A stretch of 64,000 bases of DNA from an uncultured Clostridium sp. (GCA_900542285.1 UQNF01000005.1:1185-65184); one strand, 5' to 3'. Numbered from the stretch's first letter, positions 10,214 through 21,538 are shown. Notes: generated from the sequence alone by a model not told the origin. Numbers and translations: made by a program.

Positions 10214-11506
10214 TCAGCCTGCATTCTCAGCCTGATACTGGGTTGCCCAACCGTTTACGAAGGCATTAACGACTGCTTCCCAATCGCCGGTGCCGGAAAC
10301 GTACTTGGAGAGAGCATCAACAACGCCTGCACGCCAGTTGTCAACGGAGGGGGTGTAGTTGAATGCCCAGGTTACAACATAGTTGCCGTTTGCAATGTAC
10401 TTGTTTGCATCTGCAAAGAATACATTCTCGGGCTCCTTTGCCTTCTTGAAGGGGCAGGGACCAAACTGCTCTGCCATCATGGTGGTTCCCTCCTCAGAGG
10501 TTACGACCCACTTCATGAACTCAAGAGTAGCTTCGATATCTTCTTCGGCAGCGTTCTTGTTTACGCTCCAGCAGTTCTCGGTGCCGCAGCAGAGAGCAGC
10601 CTTCTCTTCGCCTTCAACGCCGCAGTAGATGGGGATCATCGCGAGATCTTCGGGCTTCATGTTGAAGTTGCTGATGAGGTTGGAATACTCCCAGGTACCG
10701 TTCTGATAGAACACAGCCTGGCCGTTGCCGAACTGAGCGGTGGACTCGTCGCCGGTGGAGGTCAGAAGAGCAGCGCCGGTGGTTGCGGAATCGGTGGTGT
10801 AGAGATCCCAGATGTTCTTGAAGTTGTCAAGATAAGCATCGGTGATGGTTGCGGGCTGGGACTTGATGTTGTCATCGCGGAACTGATAGAACAGAGGCAT
10901 GTTCGCAAGGTGACCGGAGAAACGCCAAGAGGAGGAACCGTCGAGACCTGCTGCGGAGAAAGCGTCGAAACCGAGCTCTTCTGCACGAGCATGGATATCG
11001 TCTGCGATCTGCTTTAGGGAAGCAAAGTCCTTGATGTCGGTGATCTCATAGCCTGCCTGCTTGAGCAGAGCCTTGTTTACGATGATGCCGAATGCTTCGT
11101 AGCAGTAGCCTGCTGCAAGCAGTTCGCCGTTTTCACCGTAAAGGTTGAAATCATCGGTGGTCATTTCCTTGTAGAAATCGGTCTTGGAGAGGTCATAGCA
11201 GAACTCACCCCATGTCTTGATTGCGCCTGCGTTACCGCACTGGAAGAGGGTAGGAGGATTCTCCTTGTCCATCTCTGCGGTGAGGACATCGTTGTAGGTG
11301 CCGGATGCTGCGGTGACGACCTTAACGTCGACACCGGTCAATTCGGTATACTTCTGTGCAAGTGCCTGCCATGCGGCATCTGCTTCGGGCTTGAAGTTCA
11401 GGTAATATACGCTGCCTTCTTTATTGGTCTTTGTGCAGCCGGTGAGGCCGACGACCATGGAAAGCGAAAGTACTATTGCCAGAACAAGAGCAAGATACTT
11501 TTTCAT
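10214..11506 (-). CDS. Sugar (maltodextrin-type) ABC transporter substrate-binding lipoprotein
   Basis: Start chosen at MKKYLALV (GGAG RBS upstream) rather than the longer track ORF. Lipobox LTGC. Family-1 SBP-like sequence in a malQ-containing operon. Confidence 0.85.
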   Translation of the reverse strand: MKKYLALVLAIVLSLSMVVGLTGCTKTNKEGSVYYLNFKPEADAAWQALAQKYTELTGVDVKVVTAASGTYNDVLTAEMDKENPPTLFQCGNAGAIKTWGEFCYDLSKTDFYKEMTTDDFNLYGENGELLAAGYCYEAFGIIVNKALLKQAGYEITDIKDFASLKQIADDIHARAEELGFDAFSAAGLDGSSSWRFSGHLANMPLFYQFRDDNIKSQPATITDAYLDNFKNIWDLYTTDSATTGAALLTSTGDESTAQFGNGQAVFYQNGTWEYSNLISNFNMKPEDLAMIPIYCGVEGEEKAALCCGTENCWSVNKNAAEEDIEATLEFMKWVVTSEEGTTMMAEQFGPCPFKKAKEPENVFFADANKYIANGNYVVTWAFNYTPSVDNWRAGVVDALSKYVSGTGDWEAVVNAFVNGWATQYQAENAG

Positions 11507-11561
11507 TGTGATAGCTCCTTTAGTATTTTTTATTTTCACGCATAAAGCGGGAAAATCATCG

Positions 11562-12563
11562 TCATATGCTGCGCACCGACTCGCCTGTGCGCAGTACCGT
11601 GCTGAGCGTCACATGCTGCTGCTCTCCGCCGTTGATAAGTTCGAGCAGAATCTGTACGCTGTGGCTTCCCAGCTCCTCAACGGGCTGGCAGAGCGTTGTA
11701 AGCATGGGCTGAATATACTCGGAAACCGTTATTCCATCGATTGAAATAATCGAACAGTCCTCCGGAACTCTAATTCCGTTTTCGCGGAGCGCTCGCATTG
11801 CACCAATGGCCATATCATCGGCAATTACGAACAATGCGGTGCAGTCAAAGGGCTGTTTCAATCTTTCTTTCATAGCATAGTATCCGTTTTCTATGCTGTA
11901 ATCATTCGTGCTAATAATTTCAGCAGTGTCGATTCCGAAATCCTTGAGCGCTTTTACATATCCTTGGCTCCTAAGCTGCGATACCGACGAATCCTCCGTG
12001 CCTGCGTTGAGCGCAGCGATCTTCCTGTGTCCGTTTTTCAGGAGATACTCGACAGCACGCTTTGCTTCAAGCTCGTCCACTATCGATACCGATGAGTATT
12101 CCCCGGGGCTAAGCGTTCCGAATGCATTCGTATATGTACAGCACACAAACGGAACATTTATGAGTGCGATCTCTTCCCTTGAATAATCCGAGCGTCCGCC
12201 CAAAAAGATTATGCCGCGCAGTCGCTTTTCACGTTCCATGATGGCGCCGCTTTTAATCTCGTCTGCATTTGACTCTATCTGGCGCATGACCATGGTAAAG
12301 CCCGAAGCATCCAAATCGCGTTCTATCGAACGAATGATGCCTGTAAAAAACGGATTCTGAAGTCCCCTGACAATAACGCCGACGGCATCTATCTTGGTTC
12401 TTACCAGATCACGTGCCGAATTGTTCGGCACATAATTATACTTCTTGATTACCTCGAGTACCTTTTTGCGGCTTGCATCACTGACATCAGGACTATTGTT
12501 CAAAACCCTTGACACCGTGCTTACACCAACGCCGCTGAGCTTGGCAATATCCTTGATAGTCAT
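11562..12563 (-). CDS. LacI family transcriptional regulator
   Basis: Start at MTIKDIAKLSGVGVSTVSRVLNN (classic LacI HTH) with a GGAGGG RBS. The C-terminal part is a periplasmic-binding-protein-like sugar-binding domain. Confidence 0.9.
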   Translation of the reverse strand: MTIKDIAKLSGVGVSTVSRVLNNSPDVSDASRKKVLEVIKKYNYVPNNSARDLVRTKIDAVGVIVRGLQNPFFTGIIRSIERDLDASGFTMVMRQIESNADEIKSGAIMEREKRLRGIIFLGGRSDYSREEIALINVPFVCCTYTNAFGTLSPGEYSSVSIVDELEAKRAVEYLLKNGHRKIAALNAGTEDSSVSQLRSQGYVKALKDFGIDTAEIISTNDYSIENGYYAMKERLKQPFDCTALFVIADDMAIGAMRALRENGIRVPEDCSIISIDGITVSEYIQPMLTTLCQPVEELGSHSVQILLELINGGEQQHVTLSTVLRTGESVRSI

Positions 12564-12596
12564 CAGAGCCCTCCGCTCAACAGTGAAAGTGTGCTT

Positions 12597-12610
12597 TGGA
12601 AACGTTACCA
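12597..12610 (-). promoter_or_regulatory. Candidate LacI/CcpA-type operator (cre-like palindrome)
   Basis: TGGAAACGTTACCA matches TGNAANCGNTTNCA in 13 of 14 positions. It lies just downstream of the predicted promoter of the lacI-mal operon. Confidence 0.5.
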
Positions 12611-12623
12611 ATCCTTTGCTTAT

Positions 12624-12652
12624 ATTTTAACAATTTCTCTGAAAAATGTCAA
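12624..12652 (-). promoter_or_regulatory. SigmaA-type promoter of the lacI-maltodextrin operon
   Basis: Minus strand: TTGACA, 17-nt spacer, TAAAAT. Confidence 0.55.
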
Positions 12653-12772
12653 CCGTTTTTTTACTCTTTTTTTGCCATAATTTCCGCAAAAATACATTTT
12701 CCCCGATATTTCATTGATTACTTATGAATTCAGTGCTATAATCCATTGGACTGTTTTGAGCAAGAGGAAGCT

Positions 12773-14080
12773 ATGACTGAAGTTATTATCACTGCAATAC
12801 TGAGCTGTTCGGCTCTGGCTGCGCTTGTACTGATAAAGCCCAGCATTGAGATCAAGGGTAAGCGAATAAGCATCTATTGGCTGGCTCCGCTGACCGGCGC
12901 GCTTGTTCTGCTCTTTTCAGGACTCATCACCCCCGGCGAGTTCATAGCAGGGTTAACTTCATCAGGCGAAATGAACCCGGTCAAAATCCTGATACTGTTT
13001 CTGTCGATGACGATAATCTCCGTCTTTCTCGATAACGCAGGCTTTTTCCGTTATCTCGCCGGAAAGGCGCTTGCAAGATCGAAGGGAGGCCAAAAGAGCC
13101 TGTTCAACATGCTCTATCTTATGGTATCGGTGCTGACCGTATTTACCTCCAACGATATTATCATACTGACCTTTACCCCGTTCATCTGTTATTTTGCCTT
13201 TAATGCCGAGATCGATCCGCTTCCCTATCTTATCGCCGAATTTATTGCTGCCAACACTTGGAGCATGGTATTAATAATAGGAAATCCGACTAATATCTAT
13301 CTTGCTTCATCCGCCGGCATTTCATTTTTCCGGTACGTTATGACGATGATTCTGCCGACTATTGCCGCCGGCGCAGTCTCATTCCTTCTTCTCAGGCTCA
13401 TTTTCGCAAAAAAGCTTGATAAGCCCATAGCGCATACGAATTCAAATGCACAGTTTGAGGACAAGGGTCTTGTGGTCATCGGCCTAATTCACCTTATCGG
13501 ATGCATGGTGCTGCTTAGCATAGGCTCGTACATCAGCCTTCCCATGTGGATCATCGCATTCGGATTCTGCATTAGCCTGCTGCTGGTAACTATGCTGTAT
13601 CTGTTCATAACCTCGACAAAGGAACCTATCATCTCAAGCACTCTTAAGCGCGCTCCGCTGGATGTGATACCCTTCGTGCTTTCCATGTTTGCGCTGGTAC
13701 TCGCCTGTGATAAATTCGGGATAACCGAAGCTCTCGCCGGCTTCCTCGACACAGGAAGCAGGGCGAACATATTTACCTTCGGCGCTGCATCGTTTTTGAC
13801 CGCAAATGTTATTAACAATATTCCCATGAGCGTGCTATTCTCTTCAATTATCGAGAATGTATCGATGACGGGCAGGACCTCAGCGCTGTATGCTTCCGTT
13901 ATCGGCTCAAACATCGGCGCATTCTTCACGCCTATGGGCGCGCTTGCAGGAATAATGTGGATGGATCTGCTGAAGCATCACAAGGTCAGATTATCGTTTT
14001 TACAGTTCATTAAGTATGGTGCAGTTATCGCAGTGCTTACGCTGGCAGCGGCGCTCGGCACATTGTATCTTCTATCATAG
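12773..14080 (+). CDS. ArsB/NhaD-superfamily (citrate transporter-like) anion permease
   Basis: Polytopic membrane protein of about 435 aa. ATG at 12773 follows a GAGGAA RBS and a TGcTATAAT promoter, and the TTG at 12746 would lie upstream of that promoter's start site. Family assignment is by general resemblance only. Confidence 0.6.
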   Translation: MTEVIITAILSCSALAALVLIKPSIEIKGKRISIYWLAPLTGALVLLFSGLITPGEFIAGLTSSGEMNPVKILILFLSMTIISVFLDNAGFFRYLAGKALARSKGGQKSLFNMLYLMVSVLTVFTSNDIIILTFTPFICYFAFNAEIDPLPYLIAEFIAANTWSMVLIIGNPTNIYLASSAGISFFRYVMTMILPTIAAGAVSFLLLRLIFAKKLDKPIAHTNSNAQFEDKGLVVIGLIHLIGCMVLLSIGSYISLPMWIIAFGFCISLLLVTMLYLFITSTKEPIISSTLKRAPLDVIPFVLSMFALVLACDKFGITEALAGFLDTGSRANIFTFGAASFLTANVINNIPMSVLFSSIIENVSMTGRTSALYASVIGSNIGAFFTPMGALAGIMWMDLLKHHKVRLSFLQFIKYGAVIAVLTLAAALGTLYLLS

Positions 14081-14143
14081 CAAAAAGCACATAAAAAGCG
14101 GGCGAGCTCGTCAGAGTCCGTCCGCTTTGATTCATGTTAAGGA

Positions 14144-15787
<1,644 letters not shown>

Positions 15788-15793
15788 TTAAAC

Positions 15794-16078
15794 TTACTCA
15801 ACCACAGCGAGAATATCGCTCTGACGCACGATGATGTATTCTTCACCATCGATCTTTACTTCGTTGCCTGCGTACTTGGAATAGATCACCTTGTCGCCGG
15901 CAGTAACATGCATGGTTACTTCCTTTCCATCAACCAAACCTCCGGGGCCTACAGCAATAACCTCTGCCATCTGGGGCTTTTCCTTTGCGCTTCCGGTAAG
16001 GATAAGGCCGCTCTTTGTGGTCTCTTCGACCTCTACGCTCTTAATCACGACTCTATCTGCTAAGGGTCTGAGTTTCAT
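15794..16078 (-). CDS. groES: Co-chaperonin GroES (Cpn10)
   Basis: 94 aa beginning MKLRPLADRVVIK, immediately upstream of groEL. Confidence 0.97.
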   Translation of the reverse strand: MKLRPLADRVVIKSVEVEETTKSGLILTGSAKEKPQMAEVIAVGPGGLVDGKEVTMHVTAGDKVIYSKYAGNEVKIDGEEYIIVRQSDILAVVE

Positions 16079-16166
16079 AGATACTACCTCCTATGTAAAT
16101 CTATCAGGTCAGGATCTCAATACTTAGAAATCCTCCTTGATAGTTATAATATTACCCATATTTGGA

Positions 16167-16194
16167 ATTATACTCAACCATCTATTCATGTCAA
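16167..16194 (-). promoter_or_regulatory. SigmaA-type promoter of groES-groEL
   Basis: Minus strand: TTGACA, 16-nt spacer, TATAAT, about 90 nt upstream of the groES ATG. Confidence 0.6.
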
Positions 16195-16235
16195 GTGTGG
16201 TGTACTATCTGTTTTTAATATATTTGCGTTTTCTC

Positions 16236-16264
16236 TTGCATTATTATCGATGATGCTGTACAAT
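16236..16264 (+). promoter_or_regulatory. SigmaA-type promoter driving the uORF and ABC exporter leader
   Basis: TTGCAT, 17-nt spacer, TACAAT. Confidence 0.55.
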
Positions 16265-16297
16265 GGTCTGGAAAAATAAAGAAAGGAGGTCGCAGCT

Positions 16298-16360
16298 ATG
16301 CGCAAAATCAGAACTTACAAGCCCAATACCGTCAAATGTGCAGCTGTGATCTCAGTCTAG
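16298..16360 (+). CDS. 20-codon upstream ORF (candidate leader peptide) MRKIRTYKPNTVKCAAVISV
   Basis: ATG preceded by AAAGGAGGT at 7-nt spacing. Followed by an intrinsic terminator and then the ABC exporter genes. Confidence 0.4.
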   Translation: MRKIRTYKPNTVKCAAVISV

Positions 16361-16391
16361 CCGTAGGGTTTTACGTATGTAGATTTTTCCG

Positions 16392-16420
16392 GAGCTGTAC
16401 AGGGTGTACAGCTCTTTTTT
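16392..16420 (+). terminator. Intrinsic terminator/attenuator in the ABC exporter leader
   Basis: Perfect 10-bp stem GAGCTGTACA-GGG-TGTACAGCTC followed by TTTTTT. Confidence 0.75.
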
Positions 16421-16461
16421 GCTGCCCTAAAATCGAATAATTGTATAAGAAGGAACAAAGT

Positions 16462-18321
16462 GTGAAAAACAGAGAAAAGACAAAGAAAAAGAAAACCAAT
16501 TGGAAGCTGGTTGGCGAATTCATGCGCGGTTCGTATAAGCATTTTGTGCTTGGAGGCATAGGCCTTCTTGTTGCCGTGCTAACATCGTACATCATTCCTC
16601 AGATTACGGGCTTTACCATAGACTATGTGCTCATTGAGCATGCGGAAATAGGCTATGACGGAGGAATGGCCGTCGCCCCTTGGATCGAAAACCTCGTTAA
16701 CAGCATCGGAGGTAAGGGGTTTATTGAAAGTCATCTATATATCATGGGCATAATACTCGTGCTCGTGACGGCACTCAACGCGTATTCTTCATACCTTCGT
16801 ACCAGCCAGGTGGCTTACGGTTCGGAGATAATGAACTATAATATGAGGACAACGCTGTATTCTCACCTCGTTGCAATGCCATATGACTACTATAAGCATG
16901 TATCGAGCGGTGACATTCTGCAGCGCTGCACCTCCGATGTCGGCACCATAGGAAGATTCGTTCAGAATCAGCTTCTCGGAATCATCAGAACGATCGCAAT
17001 GGTCATCATCGCGGCGGTGTTTATGCTGAGCATGAATCCAAAACTGACCCTCTATTCGGTCATGCTTATGCCGCTCATCATAGTTATTGCTTTCGTCTAC
17101 TTCAAAAATGTGACCAAGTACTTCACCTATGCCGATGAATCGGAGGGAATGCTGAGCGCATGTATTCAGGAAAACGTCTCCGGAATGCGCGTTGTGCGCG
17201 CTTTCGGACAGCAGCGCAATGAGCTTGATAAATTCACCAAGCGCAACACGGATTACAGCAGCAAGGCAATAAAGCTCAACGAGCAGCTCAGCTTTTTCTG
17301 GGGAGGCACGGATACTCTCGGCTATGCCCAGATAGCAATAAGCCTCTGCGCCGGTATCGTTATGGCTGTCCGTAAGGAGATATCCGTCGGCGAGCTCATC
17401 GTCTTTACATCTTATACCGGTATGCTGGTATGGCCCGTTCGTCAGCTGGGAAGGATGCTTGCCGACCTTGGAAAAGCAAACGTTTCACTTGGCAGGCTTG
17501 ACGAGATCCTCTCCTCCCCTGTTGAAGCCGAACCCGGGCTTGCGCTTACGCCGGAGATCCGCGGCAATATCGAATTCCGCCATGTGGACTTTGGCTATGA
17601 GGACGGACAGGACGTTCTGAAGGATGTTTCATTTACCGCAAAGCGCGGAGAGACCGTTGCAATACTTGGCTCCACAGGCTCCGGAAAATCAAGCCTCGTG
17701 CAGCTCATCCAAAGGCTCTATACCTGCCGCAGCGGAGAAATACTCATCGATGGAGTCAATATCAATGACATCGAGCAGCACTATCTCAGAAAGCATGTCG
17801 GCATAGTCATGCAGGAACCCTTCCTGTACTCGAGAACCATCCTTGATAACATCAGGATTACCGACCCCACCGCCGATGAAGCGCTTGTCCATCAAATGGC
17901 AAAGATCGCTTCCGTCCATGACGCAATAATGGAGTTTGAAAACGGCTATGAAACCGTTGTCGGCGAAAAGGGCGTTACGCTGTCCGGCGGACAAAAGCAG
18001 CGCGTGGCGATTGCAAGGATGCTCATGCAGCAGACCCCTATTATCGTGCTTGACGACTCAATGAGTGCCGTCGATACCGAAACCGACGCAGCTATTCGCG
18101 ACGCGCTTCAAAGAGGAAAGCAGGACTGCACGACCTTCATCATCTCCCACAGGATAACCACGCTCTGCCGTGCCGATAAGATACTGGTGCTTGAGGGCGG
18201 CCGGCTCGTCCAGGAGGGTACTCACGAACAGCTCCTTGAGCAGGACGGACTGTACAGGCGCATTGCAGAGATCCAGAATCTGCTTGAGGATGAACTTCAT
18301 ACTGAAGGAGGTGTCGATTGA
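16462..18321 (+). CDS. ABC exporter, fused permease/ATPase half-transporter (subunit 1 of heterodimer)
   Basis: Six-TM domain plus an NBD with Walker A GSTGSGKSS, LSGGQKQR and Walker B IIVLDDSMS. GTG start at 16462 with an AAGGAA RBS is preferred over the TTG at 16441. Confidence 0.85.
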   Translation: MKNREKTKKKKTNWKLVGEFMRGSYKHFVLGGIGLLVAVLTSYIIPQITGFTIDYVLIEHAEIGYDGGMAVAPWIENLVNSIGGKGFIESHLYIMGIILVLVTALNAYSSYLRTSQVAYGSEIMNYNMRTTLYSHLVAMPYDYYKHVSSGDILQRCTSDVGTIGRFVQNQLLGIIRTIAMVIIAAVFMLSMNPKLTLYSVMLMPLIIVIAFVYFKNVTKYFTYADESEGMLSACIQENVSGMRVVRAFGQQRNELDKFTKRNTDYSSKAIKLNEQLSFFWGGTDTLGYAQIAISLCAGIVMAVRKEISVGELIVFTSYTGMLVWPVRQLGRMLADLGKANVSLGRLDEILSSPVEAEPGLALTPEIRGNIEFRHVDFGYEDGQDVLKDVSFTAKRGETVAILGSTGSGKSSLVQLIQRLYTCRSGEILIDGVNINDIEQHYLRKHVGIVMQEPFLYSRTILDNIRITDPTADEALVHQMAKIASVHDAIMEFENGYETVVGEKGVTLSGGQKQRVAIARMLMQQTPIIVLDDSMSAVDTETDAAIRDALQRGKQDCTTFIISHRITTLCRADKILVLEGGRLVQEGTHEQLLEQDGLYRRIAEIQNLLEDELHTEGGVD

Positions 18322-20189
18322 TGGAAGAACAGGTCAAGACCACGGCACTAAAAGAAGAAGAATTCAATAAGCATATAGACTTTAACGTTTGGAAGAAGCT
18401 CTTTGCCTATGTGATGAGGTATAAGGGAATGATACTGATCGTTGCGCTGTCAATGATAGTGGTCGCCGCTATCGATATCATTTATCCGCAGATAACCCGT
18501 TACGCTATCGACAATATCATCGCCGATAATGATCCCAACAGCCTTTCCAAGCTGCCGCTGTTTGCACTGTTTTACCTCGCAATGATCGTTATCCAGGGCG
18601 CGCTCGTATTGTGTTTTTGTCTGGTCTCGGGAAAGCTGGAGATGAAGGTCGCCTTCGACATACGCCAGGATGCATTTAAGAGGCTTCAGCAGCTTTCCTT
18701 CTCCTACTATGATAAAACAGCCGTTGGAAATATCATGACACGCATGGTCAGCGATATTCCAAGGCTGAGTGAGATGCTCGCTTGGAGCTTTACGGATATT
18801 TTCTGGGCAGGAGCCTTCGCTATCGGCTGCCTTATCACGATGCTGATGATGAACTGGAAGCTTGGGCTCGTCGTTCTCATTGTCGTACCGCCCATTGCCG
18901 TTGTATGCGGCTATTTTCAGAAGAAGATTCTGAAGCAGCAGCGAATTGTCAAAAAGCAGAATTCCGTCATCACCAGTGCCTATAACGAAGGCATAATGGG
19001 CGCAGTTACCACAAAAACGCTTGTGCGTGAAAGCCAAAATGACGAGGAATTCAAATATGAAGCCGGAAAGATGAAAAAAGCTTCCATCCGCTCTGCCGTG
19101 CTTTCGGCTATGTTCACCCCCGTTGTCATGGTACTTGCATCCATAGGAACTGCGATCGCACTGTACGCGGGCGGAAGCACCGTGCTTGCCCCTACCATCT
19201 TCGGTGCAAGCATGACGATCGGTGTGCTTTCCTCTTTTATCAGTTATACGACAAACATGTTCGACCCCATTCAGCAGCTTGCCGGAATCCTTGCTGAGCT
19301 GCAGAGCGCACAGGCGAGTGCCGAGCGTGTTATTTCGCTCATCGAGACCAAGAGCGACATAACCGACAGCGATGAGATAGTTGCAAAATACGGCGACTGT
19401 TTTGATCCCAAGCGTGAAAACTGGGAGGACATCAGCGGCGAAGTCGAATTCAGGAACGTTTCATTTGCATACAAAGAGGGCGAAAAAGTGCTGTCCGATT
19501 TCAATCTTCACGTTCGGCAGGGTGAAAACATAGCTCTCGTGGGCGAGACCGGCGCAGGTAAGTCCACCATCGTAAACCTCGTATGCAGATTCTATGAGCC
19601 TACCGAGGGTGAAATACTCATCGACGGCACTGACTATCGCGAACGGAGCCAGCTTTGGCTTCAATCGAGGCTTGGCTATGTGCTTCAAACTCCGCATCTG
19701 TTCTCCGGAACCATTCGTGACAACATTCGCTACGGCAGGCGTGACGCAACAGATGACGAAGTTAAGCAGGCGGCAAAAATGGTTCATGCCGACAGCTTCA
19801 TTGAGGAGCTTTCGAACGGTTATGATACCGAGGTCGGCGAGGGCGGCGTAATGCTCTCTACCGGGCAAAAGCAGCTTATTTCGTTTGCAAGGGTAATACT
19901 GGCGGATCCTAAGATATTCGTGCTCGATGAGGCTACCAGCTCCATAGATACCGAGACAGAGATGCTTATTCAGGACGCGATAAAAACGGTGCTCAAGAAC
20001 CGTACCAGCTTTATCGTTGCCCACAGGCTCTCCACAATTAGGAACGCAGACCGCATTCTCGTTATCCGCGGCGGAAGGATTACGGAGATGGGCACGCATA
20101 ATGAACTGCTGAAGCTCAAGGGCTATTACTATAATCTCTATACCACACAGTTTGCCGAAACCGGCACCAACAAGCTGCTAAACAGCTAA
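18321..20189 (+). CDS. ABC exporter, fused permease/ATPase half-transporter (subunit 2 of heterodimer)
   Basis: Walker A GETGAGKST, degenerate signature LSTGQKQL, Walker B FVLDEATS. The start overlaps the stop of the upstream gene (TGATG), with a GGAGG RBS. Confidence 0.85.
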   Translation: MEEQVKTTALKEEEFNKHIDFNVWKKLFAYVMRYKGMILIVALSMIVVAAIDIIYPQITRYAIDNIIADNDPNSLSKLPLFALFYLAMIVIQGALVLCFCLVSGKLEMKVAFDIRQDAFKRLQQLSFSYYDKTAVGNIMTRMVSDIPRLSEMLAWSFTDIFWAGAFAIGCLITMLMMNWKLGLVVLIVVPPIAVVCGYFQKKILKQQRIVKKQNSVITSAYNEGIMGAVTTKTLVRESQNDEEFKYEAGKMKKASIRSAVLSAMFTPVVMVLASIGTAIALYAGGSTVLAPTIFGASMTIGVLSSFISYTTNMFDPIQQLAGILAELQSAQASAERVISLIETKSDITDSDEIVAKYGDCFDPKRENWEDISGEVEFRNVSFAYKEGEKVLSDFNLHVRQGENIALVGETGAGKSTIVNLVCRFYEPTEGEILIDGTDYRERSQLWLQSRLGYVLQTPHLFSGTIRDNIRYGRRDATDDEVKQAAKMVHADSFIEELSNGYDTEVGEGGVMLSTGQKQLISFARVILADPKIFVLDEATSSIDTETEMLIQDAIKTVLKNRTSFIVAHRLSTIRNADRILVIRGGRITEMGTHNELLKLKGYYYNLYTTQFAETGTNKLLNS

Positions 20190-20209
20190 ACAGCCTTTTG
20201 GAGGATGAA

Positions 20210-21538
20210 ATGGAACTGCCCCAAGCCTTTGTCACCAGGATGAAAACCATGCTCGGCAGCGAATACGATGCCTATATTGCTCAATACGATCAAGAGCCCG
20301 TAAGAGGGATCAGGGTCAACACGCTTAAGCTTTCCAAGGATGAGTTCCTTGAGCTTTGTCCATGGCGCGTTGAGCAGTCCGACATCATTGACGAAGGACT
20401 GCTGCTCTGTGATGATGTTGAGCATATAGGCACCGACCCATATCACATCGCAGGCCTTTTCTATGTACAGGAGCCGTCCGCAATGAGCGTTATCGAGCAT
20501 TCCGACATACGGGAAGGCATGAAGGTTCTCGACCTATGTGCAGCGCCGGGTGGTAAGAGCGGCGGAATAGCCGCAAGGCTAAACGGAACGGGGCTTCTGG
20601 TATCCAACGAGGTCATTCCTGCACGCGCAAAGCAGCTTGCGCAGAACCTTGAACGGCTCGGAGTGATGAATGCCGTGGTCACTAATTCTCATCCCGACCA
20701 TATTGCCAAAACCCTTCCTCATTATTTTGACAGGGTCGTCGTGGATGCTCCATGCTCAGGCGAGGGAATGTTCCGAAAGGACCCTTGTGCGATCTCCGAA
20801 TGGTCAAGCGAGCATGTCAGCTCATGTGCGCTTCGCCAGAGAGCAATACTTGAGAGTGCCGCAGATTCTGTCGCTCCGGGCGGAAAGCTGATCTACTCCA
20901 CCTGTACCTTCTCCCAAGAGGAAAACGAGGGCGTTATTGAAGCATTTTTAACGGAACATCCGGATTTCTCGCTTGAAATGATGAAGCGTTACTATCCGCA
21001 TACCTGCCGCGGAGAAGGGCATTTCGTCGCACGGCTTTTGCGCTCCCACTGCATGAGTGCGCCCATATTCCGACCTCTTAACAGGAAACCTGATAAGAAA
21101 TCAAAGCTTATCGTCGATGAATTCTGCTCAAGTCAGCTGGACGGTTTCCCCTCCTTCGGCGATTTTATCATTGATAACGGAAGGGTATTCTATTCGCCGA
21201 CGGAGCTTCCGGCCGAGATAGAGAAGCTCAACATATTGAGGATCGGAGTTGATTTCGGAGAGCTCCTGAAGGGACGGTTAAAGCCGGCTCACGCCCTTTT
21301 CATGGCTATGAATGCGGCAAATGAGCTGCATTTTGATTGCAGGAACCACCTGCACCTTGGCAGGGATTCCGAGGAATTAAAACGATTCCTATCCGGAAAT
21401 ACTGTTATTGTCCCTGATGAGCTGTCAGGATTTGTATCCGTGACGGTCGACGGCTTCCCTGTCGGCTTCGGCAAGGCGGTTGACGGGACGCTGAAAAACC
21501 ACCTGCCCAAAGGTCTTAATCTTGCGTTTTTCCGCTAA
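20210..21538 (+). CDS. NOL1/NOP2/Sun-family rRNA cytosine-C5 methyltransferase (RsmF/RsmB-like)
   Basis: SAM motif DLCAAPGGKS and catalytic motifs DAPCSGEGMFRK and YSTCT. ATG at 20210 follows GGAGGA. Confidence 0.8.
   Translation: MELPQAFVTRMKTMLGSEYDAYIAQYDQEPVRGIRVNTLKLSKDEFLELCPWRVEQSDIIDEGLLLCDDVEHIGTDPYHIAGLFYVQEPSAMSVIEHSDIREGMKVLDLCAAPGGKSGGIAARLNGTGLLVSNEVIPARAKQLAQNLERLGVMNAVVTNSHPDHIAKTLPHYFDRVVVDAPCSGEGMFRKDPCAISEWSSEHVSSCALRQRAILESAADSVAPGGKLIYSTCTFSQEENEGVIEAFLTEHPDFSLEMMKRYYPHTCRGEGHFVARLLRSHCMSAPIFRPLNRKPDKKSKLIVDEFCSSQLDGFPSFGDFIIDNGRVFYSPTELPAEIEKLNILRIGVDFGELLKGRLKPAHALFMAMNAANELHFDCRNHLHLGRDSEELKRFLSGNTVIVPDELSGFVSVTVDGFPVGFGKAVDGTLKNHLPKGLNLAFFR

Noticed and set aside
10052-11017. 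321-aa plus-strand ORF
   Set aside because: It is antisense to the maltodextrin-type SBP gene and has a Gly/Val/Ala-rich repetitive translation with no motifs.
11507-12611. N-terminal extensions of track ORFs, for example SBP 11507-11539 and LacI 12564-12611. The same applies to 42114-42182 (murA), 30036-30092 (pstS), 24998-25060 (CHAP), 61584-61667 (HprK-like) and 59415-59438 (GNAT).
   Set aside because: Internal ATG codons with good GGAGG-type RBSs coincide with the conserved protein N-termini or signal peptides. The extensions run into promoters, operators or upstream genes.
18450-20099. 195-aa and 212-aa minus-strand ORFs
   Set aside because: Both are antisense to the second ABC exporter gene, and neither has supporting signals.
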